Below, piece after piece: positions 28,871-43,300 of a DNA stretch of 64,000 nt. A model generated the notes under the pieces. It did no database searches and was not told the origin of the DNA. It saw only the letters and a list, made by a program, of their open reading frames with translations. The stretch's first letter is position 1. Every line of letters starts with the position of its first letter. The DNA comes from the human T2T-CHM13v2.0 reference genome, Homo sapiens, in assembly GCF_009914755.1 (NCBI RefSeq), contig NC_060925.1. The stretch is one strand, 5' to 3'. The translations under genes and the position numbers were made by a program.

Positions 28871-31800
28871 TGAATCTTATACAAAGCAGTGCTTAAGCAA
28901 TGCCCTGAAAACCAGGAAGAAGAAGTAGGAAATAATTCTTGGAGAGTTGGTTTTAAAACTGGATTGTTCAGGTAGCAGGTGTTCCTGAGAGTAAGGGCGA
29001 CTATATTAAAATTAATGGCTATATACACATCGAACATAAACTATACAAATCTGCCTCACTATATATACATTCTCTGCACTGTTCTCTCCACATGAATGAG
29101 CTCTGCTGTAGGAGCTCTTGAACTCTGGAACTCTGAGGACAAATGGAGTTTATAATGTTATGATAATGAGAAGCCCTATTTTAAAAGGAATCATTATTAA
29201 AGTACTCTGCTTTAATTTGGCATTGCCTTCCTACTTCCGCCCAACTTTATTTGGAATGAATTGAAATTTCTAACCTACTACCAGTACAGAAACTATGTGA
29301 TTAAGACAATAAATATTTCACAAAATGTAAACTCAACTTTTGGGGCTTTAAACATCTGCTCTAAAGATAAAATGTTTACAGATGCACAGTCATGGACAAA
29401 GTGAAACCTTTCTCCCAAAAACGTTTTATGAAACTGGAAGATATAAGCCCATTTACAAACAAAGTTGGTGTATTGCTAAACCTACTGTGTAGATTTAAAC
29501 TAATTCACATGTAATGTTGGTCATTTATATGGGTCTTTATGCAGCTGTGGGACAATCTCAGAGTCTTTTTGACTACTTTAGATAAAATTATTCAATGAGA
29601 CTAAAACTCAACATTCAAGATTCCAATAAAAGGGATCTAGACATTGGAATTGAAATATCCCCCAAATCTCTACTGATATTATTGCTATTTTTATTGCCAA
29701 TATTCTCAATAGGAATAATCTCATGTCAACATTTAACCAATCTTTTCTCCATTTATCTTTTCTACCCTAGAAATGCAAGACAGGTAAGAAAATCACTTAC
29801 ATCCAACTACCTTCTAGTTGGATAATTGTTCACTTTTAGTCAGGAATTTGAATGGTTTTCCATTCTTACATAATTCATCTCCATTAAAATCAGTCTGACA
29901 TCCTTGCAAATTTATCCACAATATGGGGAGAGTTTTACAGATGTATATCACCATAATATTAATGATAGTGAAAAAAAAAATGGAAGCAACCCAATGTCCG
30001 AGAAAAAGAAAATGGTTAAATAAAGGCTGGTATATTGATTAAACAAAATGTCATGCACCATTTACAAGAATGTTTACAAAGATTATATAGCAACACAAAA
30101 AATGCTTTTGGCATACAAAGTCTTCACATAAACCAAAAGAGATCTCTTCTCTGATGATCAAATTAATTCCACAGATAATCGAGCACATTACTACTATACA
30201 TCAGGTATGAAAATAGTTTTAAAATTGTTCCCTAACCATTTTCATCTCTGACAATTTTCACATGCACCTTTCTCCCTGTAAGATAATATTATTTAGGTCA
30301 CAACCTTCACACACGTGTTATCTTAATTGAATCCTTATAAAATCCAAAGAGGTAAATAATATTATTAGTTCACTGGAGTAACTATTAATATTATTATGAG
30401 TGGTGTGTCTCAGGACATTAGATATATTTAATTGTGTTTTGAGGATCCCATTTGTCCAAGTCAACCAAGTCACCAAATTTTGCTAGCCACGGTGACTAAA
30501 TAGCTCTTTCCTAGCAAAAGAAAACATAAAATTCTCATTATTGAGTTACTGTCTAGGCCAGCACTGTCCAATAAAAATACAAAGCAAACCCTTGGATAGC
30601 ATTTCTGAAACTGCTCTCGGCCAGAGGAGTGCCTACTACCCTAAAGAGTGAGTCCAAGGCCAGGCAGCATTCACAATAAGCTGACTAAAAAGCCCTTGGG
30701 CCTTAGGGGGAACATTGGTAGTAATCTGCCAGTACTCCTCATGGCCTGGAGTGGTGGTGGGTATGGGATAAGACTCCTCTGCCTTTGGAAAGGGGAGGGA
30801 AAAATGGAAAGTACAATAGAACATCAGATGGCCTTTTAAGGTTTTTGACTCTAGTTCCTGGCTCCCAAACAACACCTATGGACCCTCCTGGGTCCTGGAG
30901 AAAATCACAATCCTGCAGGGAAGGACGCAGGCCTGGCTGACTTTGCCACCTGCTGACTGTAGAGCCCTATGGCACTGAGCAAACATAGGCCATAGCCAGG
31001 GAGTAGTTAAGCAGGCCTTGGGCAAGACCCAGTGCTGTGCTGGCTTCAGGTCTGACCCAGGACATTCCTAGCGGTAGTAGCCAAAGGGTGCTTATGTCAC
31101 TCCACCCCCATCTCCAGTTGACTCAGAACAAAGATATAAACTCTGTTTGTTTGGGAGAAAGTAAGGGAAGAGAACAAGAGTCTGCCTGGTAATCCAAAGA
31201 ATTCTCCCAGTGCTTGTCCAAGAACATCAAGGTGGCACCTCTACACGTCTGCAAGAACCACAGTGTTACTGGACTTTGGGTACCCCCTAAAACAAATACA
31301 GCTTAGATCACAACACTTACGTCTTTTAGAATACCTGGAAAGCCCTCCCAAGAAAGACTGGTACAAGAAAGCCCACACTGAGAAGACTAGAATAAATACT
31401 TAACTCTTCAATGCCCAGACACAGATGAACATCTGCAAGAATGAAGACAATCCATGAAAACACAACATCACCAAATGAACTAAATAACGCATCAGGGACC
31501 AGTCCTGGAGAAACAGATATGCGACCTTTCAGACAAAGAATTCAAAAGCTGTTTTGAGGAAATGCAATGAAATTCAAGATAACGCAGAGAAGGAATTCAA
31601 AATGCTATCAGAAAAAATTTAACAAAGAGATTGAAATAATTAAAAAGAATCAAGCAGAAATTCTGGAGCTGAAAAGTGCAATTGACATACTGAAGGATGC
31701 ATCACAGTCTTTTAATAACAGAAATGATCAAGCAGAAGAATGAATTAGTGAGCTTGAAGACAGGCTATTTGAAAATACATAGAAGAGACAAAAGAAAACA

Positions 31801-32084
31801 GAATTTTTTTAAAAAAATGAAGCACACCTGCGATATCTAGAAAATAGCTTCAAGAGGGCAAATCTAATAGTTATTGGCTTTAAAGAGAAGGTAGAGAAAG
31901 GAATAGGAGTAGAAAGTTTATTCAAAGGGAAAATGACAGAGAACTTCCCAAACCTGGAGAAAGATATCAATATTCAAGGACAAGAAGGTTATAGAACATC
32001 AAGCAGATTTAACCCAAAGAAGTCTGTCTCAAGGCATTTAACAATCAAATTCCCAAAGATCAAGGATTAATAAAAAAAGATCCT

Positions 32085-32532
<448 letters not shown>

Positions 32533-32886
32533 CTAGAATAGTATATATCTGGTGAAAATATCCTTCAAACATAAAGGAGAAATAAAGACTTCCCCAGACA
32601 AACAAAAGCTGAGGGATTTCATCAATACTAGACTCATCCTGCAAGAAATGTTAAAGGGAGTACTTCACTTAGAAAGAAAGGAATGTTAATTAGTAATAAG
32701 AAATCATCTGAAGTTACAAAACTCACTGGTAATAGTAAGTACACAGAAAAACACAGAATATTACAACACTGTAACTGTGGTGTGTAAACTACTGTTATCC
32801 TAAGTAGAAAGCCTAAACAATGAACCAAACAAAAACAATAACAACTTTTTGAGACATAGCACAATAAGATATAAATAGAAACAAGA

Positions 32887-33244
<358 letters not shown>

Positions 33245-35320
33245 TTATTTGTTTTCTTTTTGCTTGTTTGTTTATGAAACAGTGTTGGTATCAGCTTAAA
33301 ATATGAGTTATAAGATAGTATTTGCAAGCCTCATGGTAACCTCAAACCAGAAAACATACAATGGATACACAAAAAATAAGCAAGAAATTAAATCACATCA
33401 CCAGAGAAAATCGCCTTCATTAAAAGGAAGGAAAGGGAAGAAAAGACCACAAAACAAGCAGAAAACATAGAACAAAATGACAGAAGTCCTTATTTATTAA
33501 TAATAACGTTGAATGTAAATGGACTAAACTCTTCAGTCAAAATATACTGACTGAATGGATGGGAAAAAAAAGAAGTAATAACCTGTTGCCTACAAAAAAT
33601 ACACACATAAACTGAAAATAAAGGGATGGGAAAAGATATCCCATGCTATTGGAAACCAAAAGACAGCAGGAGTCACTATGCTTGTATCAGACAAAATAGA
33701 TTTCAAGACAAAAACTATATGAAGAGACAAAGGTCTCTGTATAATGATAAAGGAGTCAATTCAGCTAGAGAATATAACAATTTTAAATATATATGCACCC
33801 AACACTGGAGCACCCAGATACATAAAGCAAATATTATTACAGCTAAAGAAAGAGAGAGGCCCCAGTACAATATACAATAATAGCTGGAAACTTTAACACC
33901 TCACTTTCAGCCTTGGACAGATATTCTAGACAGAAAATCAACAAAGAAACATCATACTTCATCTGCACTATAGACCAAATGGATCTAATAGATATTTACA
34001 GAACATTTTATCCAAGAGCTACAGAATACACATTTTTTGTTCATCAGCACATGGATCATTCTCAATGACAGACCTTATGTTAGGTCACAAAACTAGTCTT
34101 AAAATATTTTTAAATGAAATAATATCAGTCATCTTCTCTGTACACAATGGAATAAAACTAGAAATCAACAACAAGAAGAATCTTGGAAACTATACAAATG
34201 CATGGAAATTAAACAATATGCTCCTGGATATGGGTCAATGAAGACATTAAGAAGGAAATTGGGCCAATGAAGAAATTAAGAACACTGAAAATTTCTTGAA
34301 ACGAATGATAATGGAAACAACATGCCAAAACCTATGGGATATAGCAAAAGCAGTACTCATACATACCTACCCAAAAAAAGAAGAAAAACTTCAAACAACC
34401 TAACAATGCATCTTAAAGAACTAGAAAGGCAAGAGCAAACCAAAACCAAAATTAGTAGACGAAAAGAAATAATAAAAATCAGAGCAGAAATAAAGGAAAT
34501 TGAGATGAAGAAAACAATACAAAAGATCAATAAAACAAAAAGTTGGTTTTAAAAAACATAAACAAAATAGACAAACCTTTATCCAGACTAAGAAAAAAAG
34601 AGAGAAGACCCAAATAAATAAAATCAGAAATGAAAAAGGAGATATTACAACTGATACTGAAGAAATTCAAAAGATCCTTAGTGGCTACTATGAGCAACTA
34701 TATGCCAATAAATTAAAAAATCTAGAAGAAATGGACAAACTCCTAGACACATGCAAACTACCAAGATTGAACCAGGAAAAAATCCAAAACCTGAATAGAC
34801 CAATAACAAGTAACAAGATTGAAGCTGTTATAAAGTCTTCCAGTAAAGAAAAGACCAGCACCCAATGGCTTCACTGCTGAATTCTACAAACATTCAAAGA
34901 AAAGCTAATATCGATTTTCCTCAAACTATTCCAAAATTAGAGGATGAGAGCATACTTCCAAACTCATTCTACGAGGCCAGTATTACTCTTATATCCAAAT
35001 CAGAAAAAGAGACATCAAAAAAAGGAAACTACATGCCAATATCTCTGATGAATATTGACACAAATATCTTCAACAAAATACTAGCAAACCAAATTCAACA
35101 ATACATTTAAAAGGCCATTTGTCATGACCAAATGGGATTTATCCCTGAGATGCAAGGATGGTTCAACATACGTAAGCCAATCCATGTGATATATCATATT
35201 AACAGAATGAAGGACAAAACCCATATGATCATTTCAATTGATGCTGAAAAAGCATTTGATAAATTTCAACATCCTTCATGATAAAAATCCTCAAACAACT
35301 AGAAATAGAAAGAACACACT

Positions 35321-35714
<394 letters not shown>

Positions 35715-38582
35715 CTAAGATCTGGAACATGCCAAGGATACCCACTTTCACCACTGTTATTCAACATAGTACTGAAATTCCTAGTTAGAGCAATGAGACA
35801 AAGAAATAAAGAGCATCCAAATTGGAAAGGAAGAAGTCAAATTGTCCTATTTGCAGATGATATGATTTTGTATTTGGAAAAACCTACACTGCACAAAAAA
35901 CTATTAGAATTGATCAACAAATTCAGTAAAGTTGCAAGATACAAAATCAACGTACGAAAATCGGTAACATTTCTATATGCCAATAATAAACAATCTGAAA
36001 AAAGAAATTTAAAAAGTAATCCCATGTACAATAGCCACAAATTAAACTAAATACCTAGGAATGAACTAAAGAACTGAAAGACCTCTATAATGAAAACTAT
36101 GAAACACTGATGAAAGAAATTTAAGAGGACACCAAGAAATAGATAAATATTCCAGGTTCATATACTGAAAGAATCAATGTTGTTAAAATGTCCATACTAC
36201 CCAAAGCAAGCTACAGATTCAATTCAATCACTATCAAAATACCAATGATATTCTCCACAGAAATAGAAAAAACAATCCTAAAATTTATATGGAACCACAG
36301 AGGACCCAGAATAACCAAAGCTATCCCAAGCAAAAAGAACAAAATTGAAGAAATCAAATTACCTAATTGCAAATTATACTATGGAGCTATAGAAACCAAA
36401 AACAGCTTGATAGTGACATAGAAACAGACACATAGACCAATGGAACAGAATAGAGAACACAGAAATAAATCTACACACCTACAGTGAACTCATTTTCAAT
36501 AAAGGTGCCAAGAACATACACTGAGGAAAAGACAGTCTCTTCGATAAATGATGCTGGGAAAACAGGTTATCTATATGCAGAAGAACGAAAGTAGATGCCT
36601 ATCTCTCGCCATATACAAAAACTAAATCAAAATGGATTGAAGGTGTAAATCTAAGACTTCAATCTATGAAATTACTAAAAGAAAACTTCAGGGAAACTCT
36701 CCAGGACATTGTTCTGGGCAAGAATTTCTTGAGTAATACCCCACAAGTGCAGGCAATCAAAGCAAAAATGGACAAATGAGATAACATTAAGTTAAAAAGT
36801 TCTGCACAACAAAGAAACAATCAACAAAGTGAAGAGACAACTCACAAAATGGGAGAAAATATTTGCAAACAACCATACGACAAGAGATTCATAACCAGAA
36901 TACATAAGGAACTCAACTCTATAGGAAAAAAATCTAATAATCCAATCAAAAGATGAACAAAAGATTTGAATAGACATTTCTCAAAAAAAAGGCATACAAA
37001 AGGCATATAACAAGGTTTTCAACACCATTGATTATCAGAGGAATGCAAGTCAAACTACAATAAGATATCATCTCATCCCGGTTAAAATGGCTTATGTCCA
37101 AAAGACAGGCAAAAACAAATGCTGGAAAGGAGAGGAGAAAAGGGAACTTTCATACACTGTTGGTGGGAATGTAAATCAGTGCAACTACTATGGAGAACAG
37201 TTTTGAGATTCCTCAAAAAATTAAAACTAGAGATACTATATGATCCAGGAATCCTACTGCTGGGTATACACCCAAAAGAAAAAAGATCAGTGTATCAAAG
37301 AGATATCTGCATTCCCATGTTTGTTGTAGCGCTCTTCACGATAGCCAAAATTTGGAAGCAACCTAAGTGTTCATCAACAAATGAGTAAATAAAGAAAACA
37401 TCATATTATACACCATGTAGTACTATTCAGCCATAGAAAAGAACTAGAGCCTGTCATATGCAACAACATGGATGAAATTGGAGGTCATTATGCTAAGTGA
37501 AATAAGCCAGGCACAGAAAGACAAACATTCCATGTTCTCACTTATTTGTGGAAACTAAAAATCAAAATAATTGAACTCATGTTGATAGAGAGGAGAAGGA
37601 TGGTTACCACAGGCTGGGAAAGGCAGCAATGGGGTTTGGGGGATGTGGGGATGGTTAATGGGTACAAAAAAAATAGAAAGAATGAATTAGACTTAGTATT
37701 TGACAGCACAACAGGGTGACTATAGTCAATGATAATTTAATTGTACATGTAAAAATAACAAGAAGAGCATAATTTGATTATTAGTGACCCAAGAGATAAA
37801 TGTTTGAGGGGATGGATACACCCATTTTACATGATGTGATTATTATACATTGCATACCTGCATCAAAATATCTCATGTACCTCATAAATATATACACCTG
37901 CTATGTACCCACAAAAATTAAAATGAAAAATTAAAAATGTATATATATTGCATGCCAGGTATGCAAGTTTTAATTTTTTAGTAGCTGCATTAAAAAGGTA
38001 AAAAGAAACAGATGAAATTAATTTTAATAATGCCTTTTACTCAACCCAATATATTCAGATTATCATTTCAACATGTAATCAATATAAATTCATTTATTTG
38101 AGATAAAAATGAGATATTTTGAATCCTTTTTGTTTTAACCAAGTCTTTGAAGGCTGGTCTGTATTTTACATTTACAGCTCATCTCAATTCAGACTAGCCA
38201 CATTTCAGGTGCTCAATAGCTTCATGTGAAAAGAGGCTACCATCTTGGACAGCACAGTTGAAGACTAACTGATTGATAAAAGAATGTTGAAAATACTTAT
38301 GAAAGGTAAATGATGACATAATAAGCGTGAGCTGTAACACCATGTGCCACTTAAGAAGACAATAATACCATTTATATAATTTAGATGCAGATTTTACTAG
38401 CATTCCCAGAAAAAAAAAAGTGTAGTGAATTTCTTCTTCTTTCCTTTTGGCAATATCATTCTGAAACCAGTGTGTGTAGAACTTAGGGGAAAAAATCACT
38501 AAAATGGTACGGCGTATAATGGAATAAAAATATTATGCCATTGGGATAAGGTGTCCTGGCTTTGAGACAAAAAGTAGAGTCA

Positions 38583-38868
38583 GACTGAGCACAGTGGCTT
38601 ATGCCTGTAATTCCAGCCTTCTGGGAGGTGAGGCAGAAGGATTGCTTGAGACCAACGGGAGACATAGCAAGACGCTGTCTGAACGATAAGTAAATATTAT
38701 CTGGGCATGGTGGTGTATGCCTGTAGTCCTAGCTACTCAGGAAGCTGAGGTGGGAGGATCATTTAAGCCCAGGAATTCGAGGTTACAGTGAGCTATAATC
38801 ACACCACTGCACTCCAGCCTGGGCGACAGAGAGAGACCTTGTGAAGAAAAAAAAAAAAAAAAAAAAAA
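38583..38868 (+). mobile_element. AluJ
   Basis: J-type 'ggaggatcatttaagcccaggaattcgagg...agctata'; TSD 'aaaaagtagagtca'. Confidence 0.9.
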
Positions 38869-39399
38869 AGTAGAGTCAACGTATCCTGACTCCCATAATA
38901 AAAAATTGCAGTTCAAAGGGAGGAGGGCTTCACGGATGACTTGCATATTTCCTAAGCTCCTAAAACATTCTTTAGAGGCAAGTATTTATCACCAACCTTT
39001 CTATTTGACAGCATATTAAAGATATTCCTACAGTTTTGGTGTTTCTGTAAGAGCAACTAAGGAATAACCCTGGAAAGATAAGAGCTTTTCATAACAACCA
39101 AGCTTTCAAACCAATCAATCCTCAAGACAATACTTTTTAAAAAAATTGAATGAAGTCTACACGTGAAGCTAAAAGCTTTGGTTTTCAAGAACCCTAGGGC
39201 TATACTTTAAAACAGCAGTAAAAAACATACTCAAAGATGGAAGAGAATGAGCACTCAAGAGAAACCAAGTGAATGTACAGTTGTGCCCTACCTTATAAAT
39301 GTTCCTCACGTACTGCCACAGCTAAAATTAGGTCCCCACGTTTGAAATAATCCTTCCACAAAAGGTAGTTTATGTTGTATGAGCTCTTCTGTAACATAA

Positions 39400-39850
39400 C
39401 GGTAGAATTTATAGTCTAGTGAGGACTACTACAGCCAAGTAAATAGGCATCTAAATTATTATATAGTGTGAAGACTACCAAGATAGGGAAGGTATAATGG
39501 AAGCACGCAGGAGGGGCCATAACCCAGACGTGAGGGGGAGGGAATGTTACTGGCGTCAGCTTCCTGAAGAAAGTGAAGTCTAAGCTAAACCTACACCATG
39601 AGTAGGTGTTAGCCTAGTGAAAGGAATTTGAAGCAGAGGAAATGGAATGTCCAAGGCCAGAGAGAAGCGTGACCTGGCATGGCATGTCGAAAAACTGAGA
39701 TAAGTATGGTGGGAGGGTTGGGAGGGGCTGTCCAGGTGGAGAGATGTGGGTAAGGAGTTAAATAAGAGTGCCATCCTGCCATCCCTTTTAAGCTACGAGT
39801 ATGGACTTGTTCTCTAGAACAATGGATAGCTACCAGAGGCATCTGAGTAA
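39400..39850 (-). mobile_element. L2 relic
   Basis: 'gcttcctgaagaaagtgaagtctaagctaaacct', 'gagtatggacttgttctctagaacaatgga'. Confidence 0.6.
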
Positions 39851-40327
39851 CTGTTTCTGCTTTGACTCCCTACCTTTGGTGGGTTTCTAACTCCTCAATT
39901 ACATGAAAATTCTAAAACTAAAGCATTTTGCAAGTATTTTGGGGGTAAATGAAAAAGCTAACAAAACACAACTATCTTCAAATATAATGCAGAGAGGGAA
40001 AAATAGAGGGCTCAGACAAATTTATTCCCTGGACTTGGAAAGTTAGTATTTTCTCAGTGATTCGTTGAAGATCTATTTTTTAACCTTTTTTTTACGGCCT
40101 GGCTGTGTTTCTTTGGAGTTTCATAAAATTAATGGCTTGTAACATCTCATTACTGGGCAAGTCTAAGGGCACCTTTCTCATCATTGCTTGAATTTCTGCC
40201 TTGAAGGGAATCCCCAGGATGGGAATTTTCCTGCGAGATGGATTGCTGTTTCATTTGAAGCCTTCCTTTCAACAAGGAAAAATTTCAAATCCCTCTCCAT
40301 CTAATACATAAGCTTGTGTGCATGAAA

Positions 40328-40367
40328 ACACACACACACACACACACACACGTACACACACACACAC
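40328..40367. repeat. (CA)n microsatellite
   Basis: Direct reading. Confidence 0.95.
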
Positions 40368-43300
40368 CCATGAATTAAATCAGAACCAGGACAAAAGAAA
40401 AGGAGGGAGGAATGACATAAGCAGCTTCCAAAGCACTGCCTCTACCTGATCATAGCCTTTTATCTCAATCATGGCAGGGGGAAAGCCCATGCCCTCAATC
40501 AAGCAAAAGATCTCAAGAGAATGCGGGCAGAGCTCATGTCTCTTCTCCAAATATGATTTTTTTTCTATTTTTCCTTTGCTAATGTGTTCAAAGTATTTCC
40601 TCTCTCTGGCATTCCACTGCCCTCTATTTCTTAATTTTCTTCTACTGACTCCAGACTGGCAGCTTTTTCTTAGCTCAGTCTCTAAACCCTTTGTGTAGTT
40701 TCTTATGGGCATTTACTCTTATTCTACCTATGCCTAGAGAAGATCAAATAAGCTAGTTTGTATCCTCTGTCCAAAACTTCTGCACATTCCTAAGGACCAT
40801 GAACAAGGAACCACTAAGGCTTTTTTTTCTCTGATCTATATTTATAATGCCACTTCCTGGTTATTTTTATTTTCCAGACCCATAATCTGTTTTGTGGCAA
40901 GCCATGGAAGGAACTCTCAGGTTTCTCATGTCTCTCTAAGCAGGATTTGGCAATACTAGATATTGTATTTTAGTAGGATTTTGGCTAGTGTTCAGGACAA
41001 TAGGCAGAGCATATCCCCCTGGGTTTAAAAAAAAAAAAAAAACTACTGGGGCCTGGGTGTTTATTCTTCTTCTCTCAAGCCACTGGGAATAGAGCTTTCA
41101 AACAAGACCAAAGAAAAATATGAGAATAAAAAGGCTTCATGGAAAAAATAAGGTATCTTTAGGGTGAGTCATGCAGGGGAAAGTGTGCCGAGCACCTGTC
41201 AGTAGTACCTTTCTGATTCAGTCATGAGTATCAACTTAATTCTTTCTTTTGAGAAGAAAGCCAAGGTATTTTGAAATGCATAGCTGTTTAGATGTGGTAC
41301 CCATTCTGCAAAGTTAATAACATCTTTGAGGGTTCATTAATCTCAACAAGCCTGAAAAAAAATAAATTTTCATGTTCTTGCTCTCCTACTATCATTCTTA
41401 CAGTTCTTTTACATAAATAATTGGTTATGGTTCAAATTAAAATAACTTTGACAATTATTAAGCAAGCTAGGAGTGTTTTGAGCTTGCGCTGTGAAGTGAG
41501 ATATCAGCGCCCCAGGGTGCCTCAAGACCATGTGTTATCTTATGATAACATTCAACTCACTTTTTTCTAGGCTTATAAAATACAAGTTTTTCATTTAGCA
41601 GCTGAAATGACTGTGCTCTCTTTAGATAATATTCCCTCACTGAAAGGTTAGTCTCAATAGAATTTTTATGATTAAAGCACAAATGTGGTATTTATGAGGA
41701 CTAGGATTTGTGTTTCTGGCAACCCGAGTGTCCTCAAAAGCATTGCAGCCCTGTCCTCATTTCACAAGTCCTATAATGTTTTGCAGACCACCGTGTCCTC
41801 TATACTTAAATCCTTCTCATAGACTAACAAGTGGCAAGCCTTCACTCTTACACATATTATAATCTTTGTGGGATGCACTAAAGACTTCTGTGTGATGAAT
41901 TGTCATCTCCCTCAACCTCAAAGGTAACTGGCTATAAAACTGTTTTATGTTGCTAGTATTCCTAGTCCTCGTGTAAAAATACTAGCTGTAATTCAGTGTT
42001 GGCAATGTGGTATTATTCATAAAGCATTCAGACTGTACAGTTTTAGAATGTCATCGGAACTTCCTGATTGAATTACAATCTAGCATTCAGCTAAGTGTCC
42101 TTTTTTATGCATGAAAATTACTCACAAGCATTTCCCAACATCTCCAGGGCCTACATGGGAGTTCCAGAGGGAGCAACACTTTGCATAATCCTTCAAAAAT
42201 ATCTTCAGGGACATTCAAGAACCAAGAATTGGATAAAGCTTTTAAAATCAATGCTGGTTATAAAAGAAAAAAAACATAGCTTACAAGATGAAAATGTGTT
42301 GATGATTTTCCAAAGAGGAAGAGGAAGCCTCTGAAAATATGACTCAACTTCACTTGCTGGTTTCCAAAGCAAATTCTAAGTTGATGACATGGATTTAGCC
42401 CAACTGTGTCAGACAATTTTTGGTGAGGTAGGCGATGGGGTTTTGTTTGTTTCTTGCAGAATTTGGGGGTACTTGATTTGCGCTGTTCTTTGCTAAAAAC
42501 ACTTATCTGCCCCACTCAAAATCCATTCACACATAGATGTTTTCTTATTCACATTTCTATGTTTAATTTCAAGAGATAATACTTTTACAGATGACTTTCC
42601 CTATTGTATCAGCTTCTCTAATTCTAGCACTATAATCAGCATCTTATTTTACAAGTGCTTTTTCTTGACTCTAGCCTTATTTTTTATGTTCTTTCCATAA
42701 TTTTATAAATTCCCTTTCTTTATAAATAAGAAAATAATTTTTTCCTCTGTTGTGGCCTTTTCCAACTTTGTCCAATAGCAAATTTGTCCAGCCTAGCTGG
42801 TGGCAGTATATTTAGTACTAAGTAATATAATGAATCTTCTAAATATGAGCTCTGTGGCTCTGTAGTGTGGTGGTGTCATAGAATATCAGAGATATTTTAG
42901 TCCTGATTCAATACCTGCACATACATGACATATAGACATAACATTGTTTTATGCCTGTAGACTTGCTTTGTTTCTTCAAAAATATATGTTAATAAAAATG
43001 TGAGCAGATTTGCTGCTTCATTGAATATTTAACACTGCTTCATTAAATTAGTTCACTGTCAATAACAGATTTCATTCTAAGATTCAAGGCAGGAGATGGG
43101 GAATGGCAACAATCTGAAAAATAAAAAAAGAAGGAACTTCTAAGAATATTTAGATTTCTTTGTCATACAGTCTGCACCTTCTGTCAATTCCTAGGCACTT
43201 ACTGTCGATAGTAAATTTGTCCAGTCTAAACTTACTAGATTCATTCTGTTTTATTATTAAATAAAGTCATTTAACACTGCATACTAAAGCTAAATTAAAC

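Noticed and set aside
40878-40920. Possible + strand exon with gccATGG Kozak context (MEGTL...)
   Set aside because: The donor CAG|gtttct is weak and the unspliced ORF ends after 11 codons.
41503-41520. CTCF-like motif (also at ~44033-44047)
   Set aside because: Mismatches or a gap in the core of the consensus.
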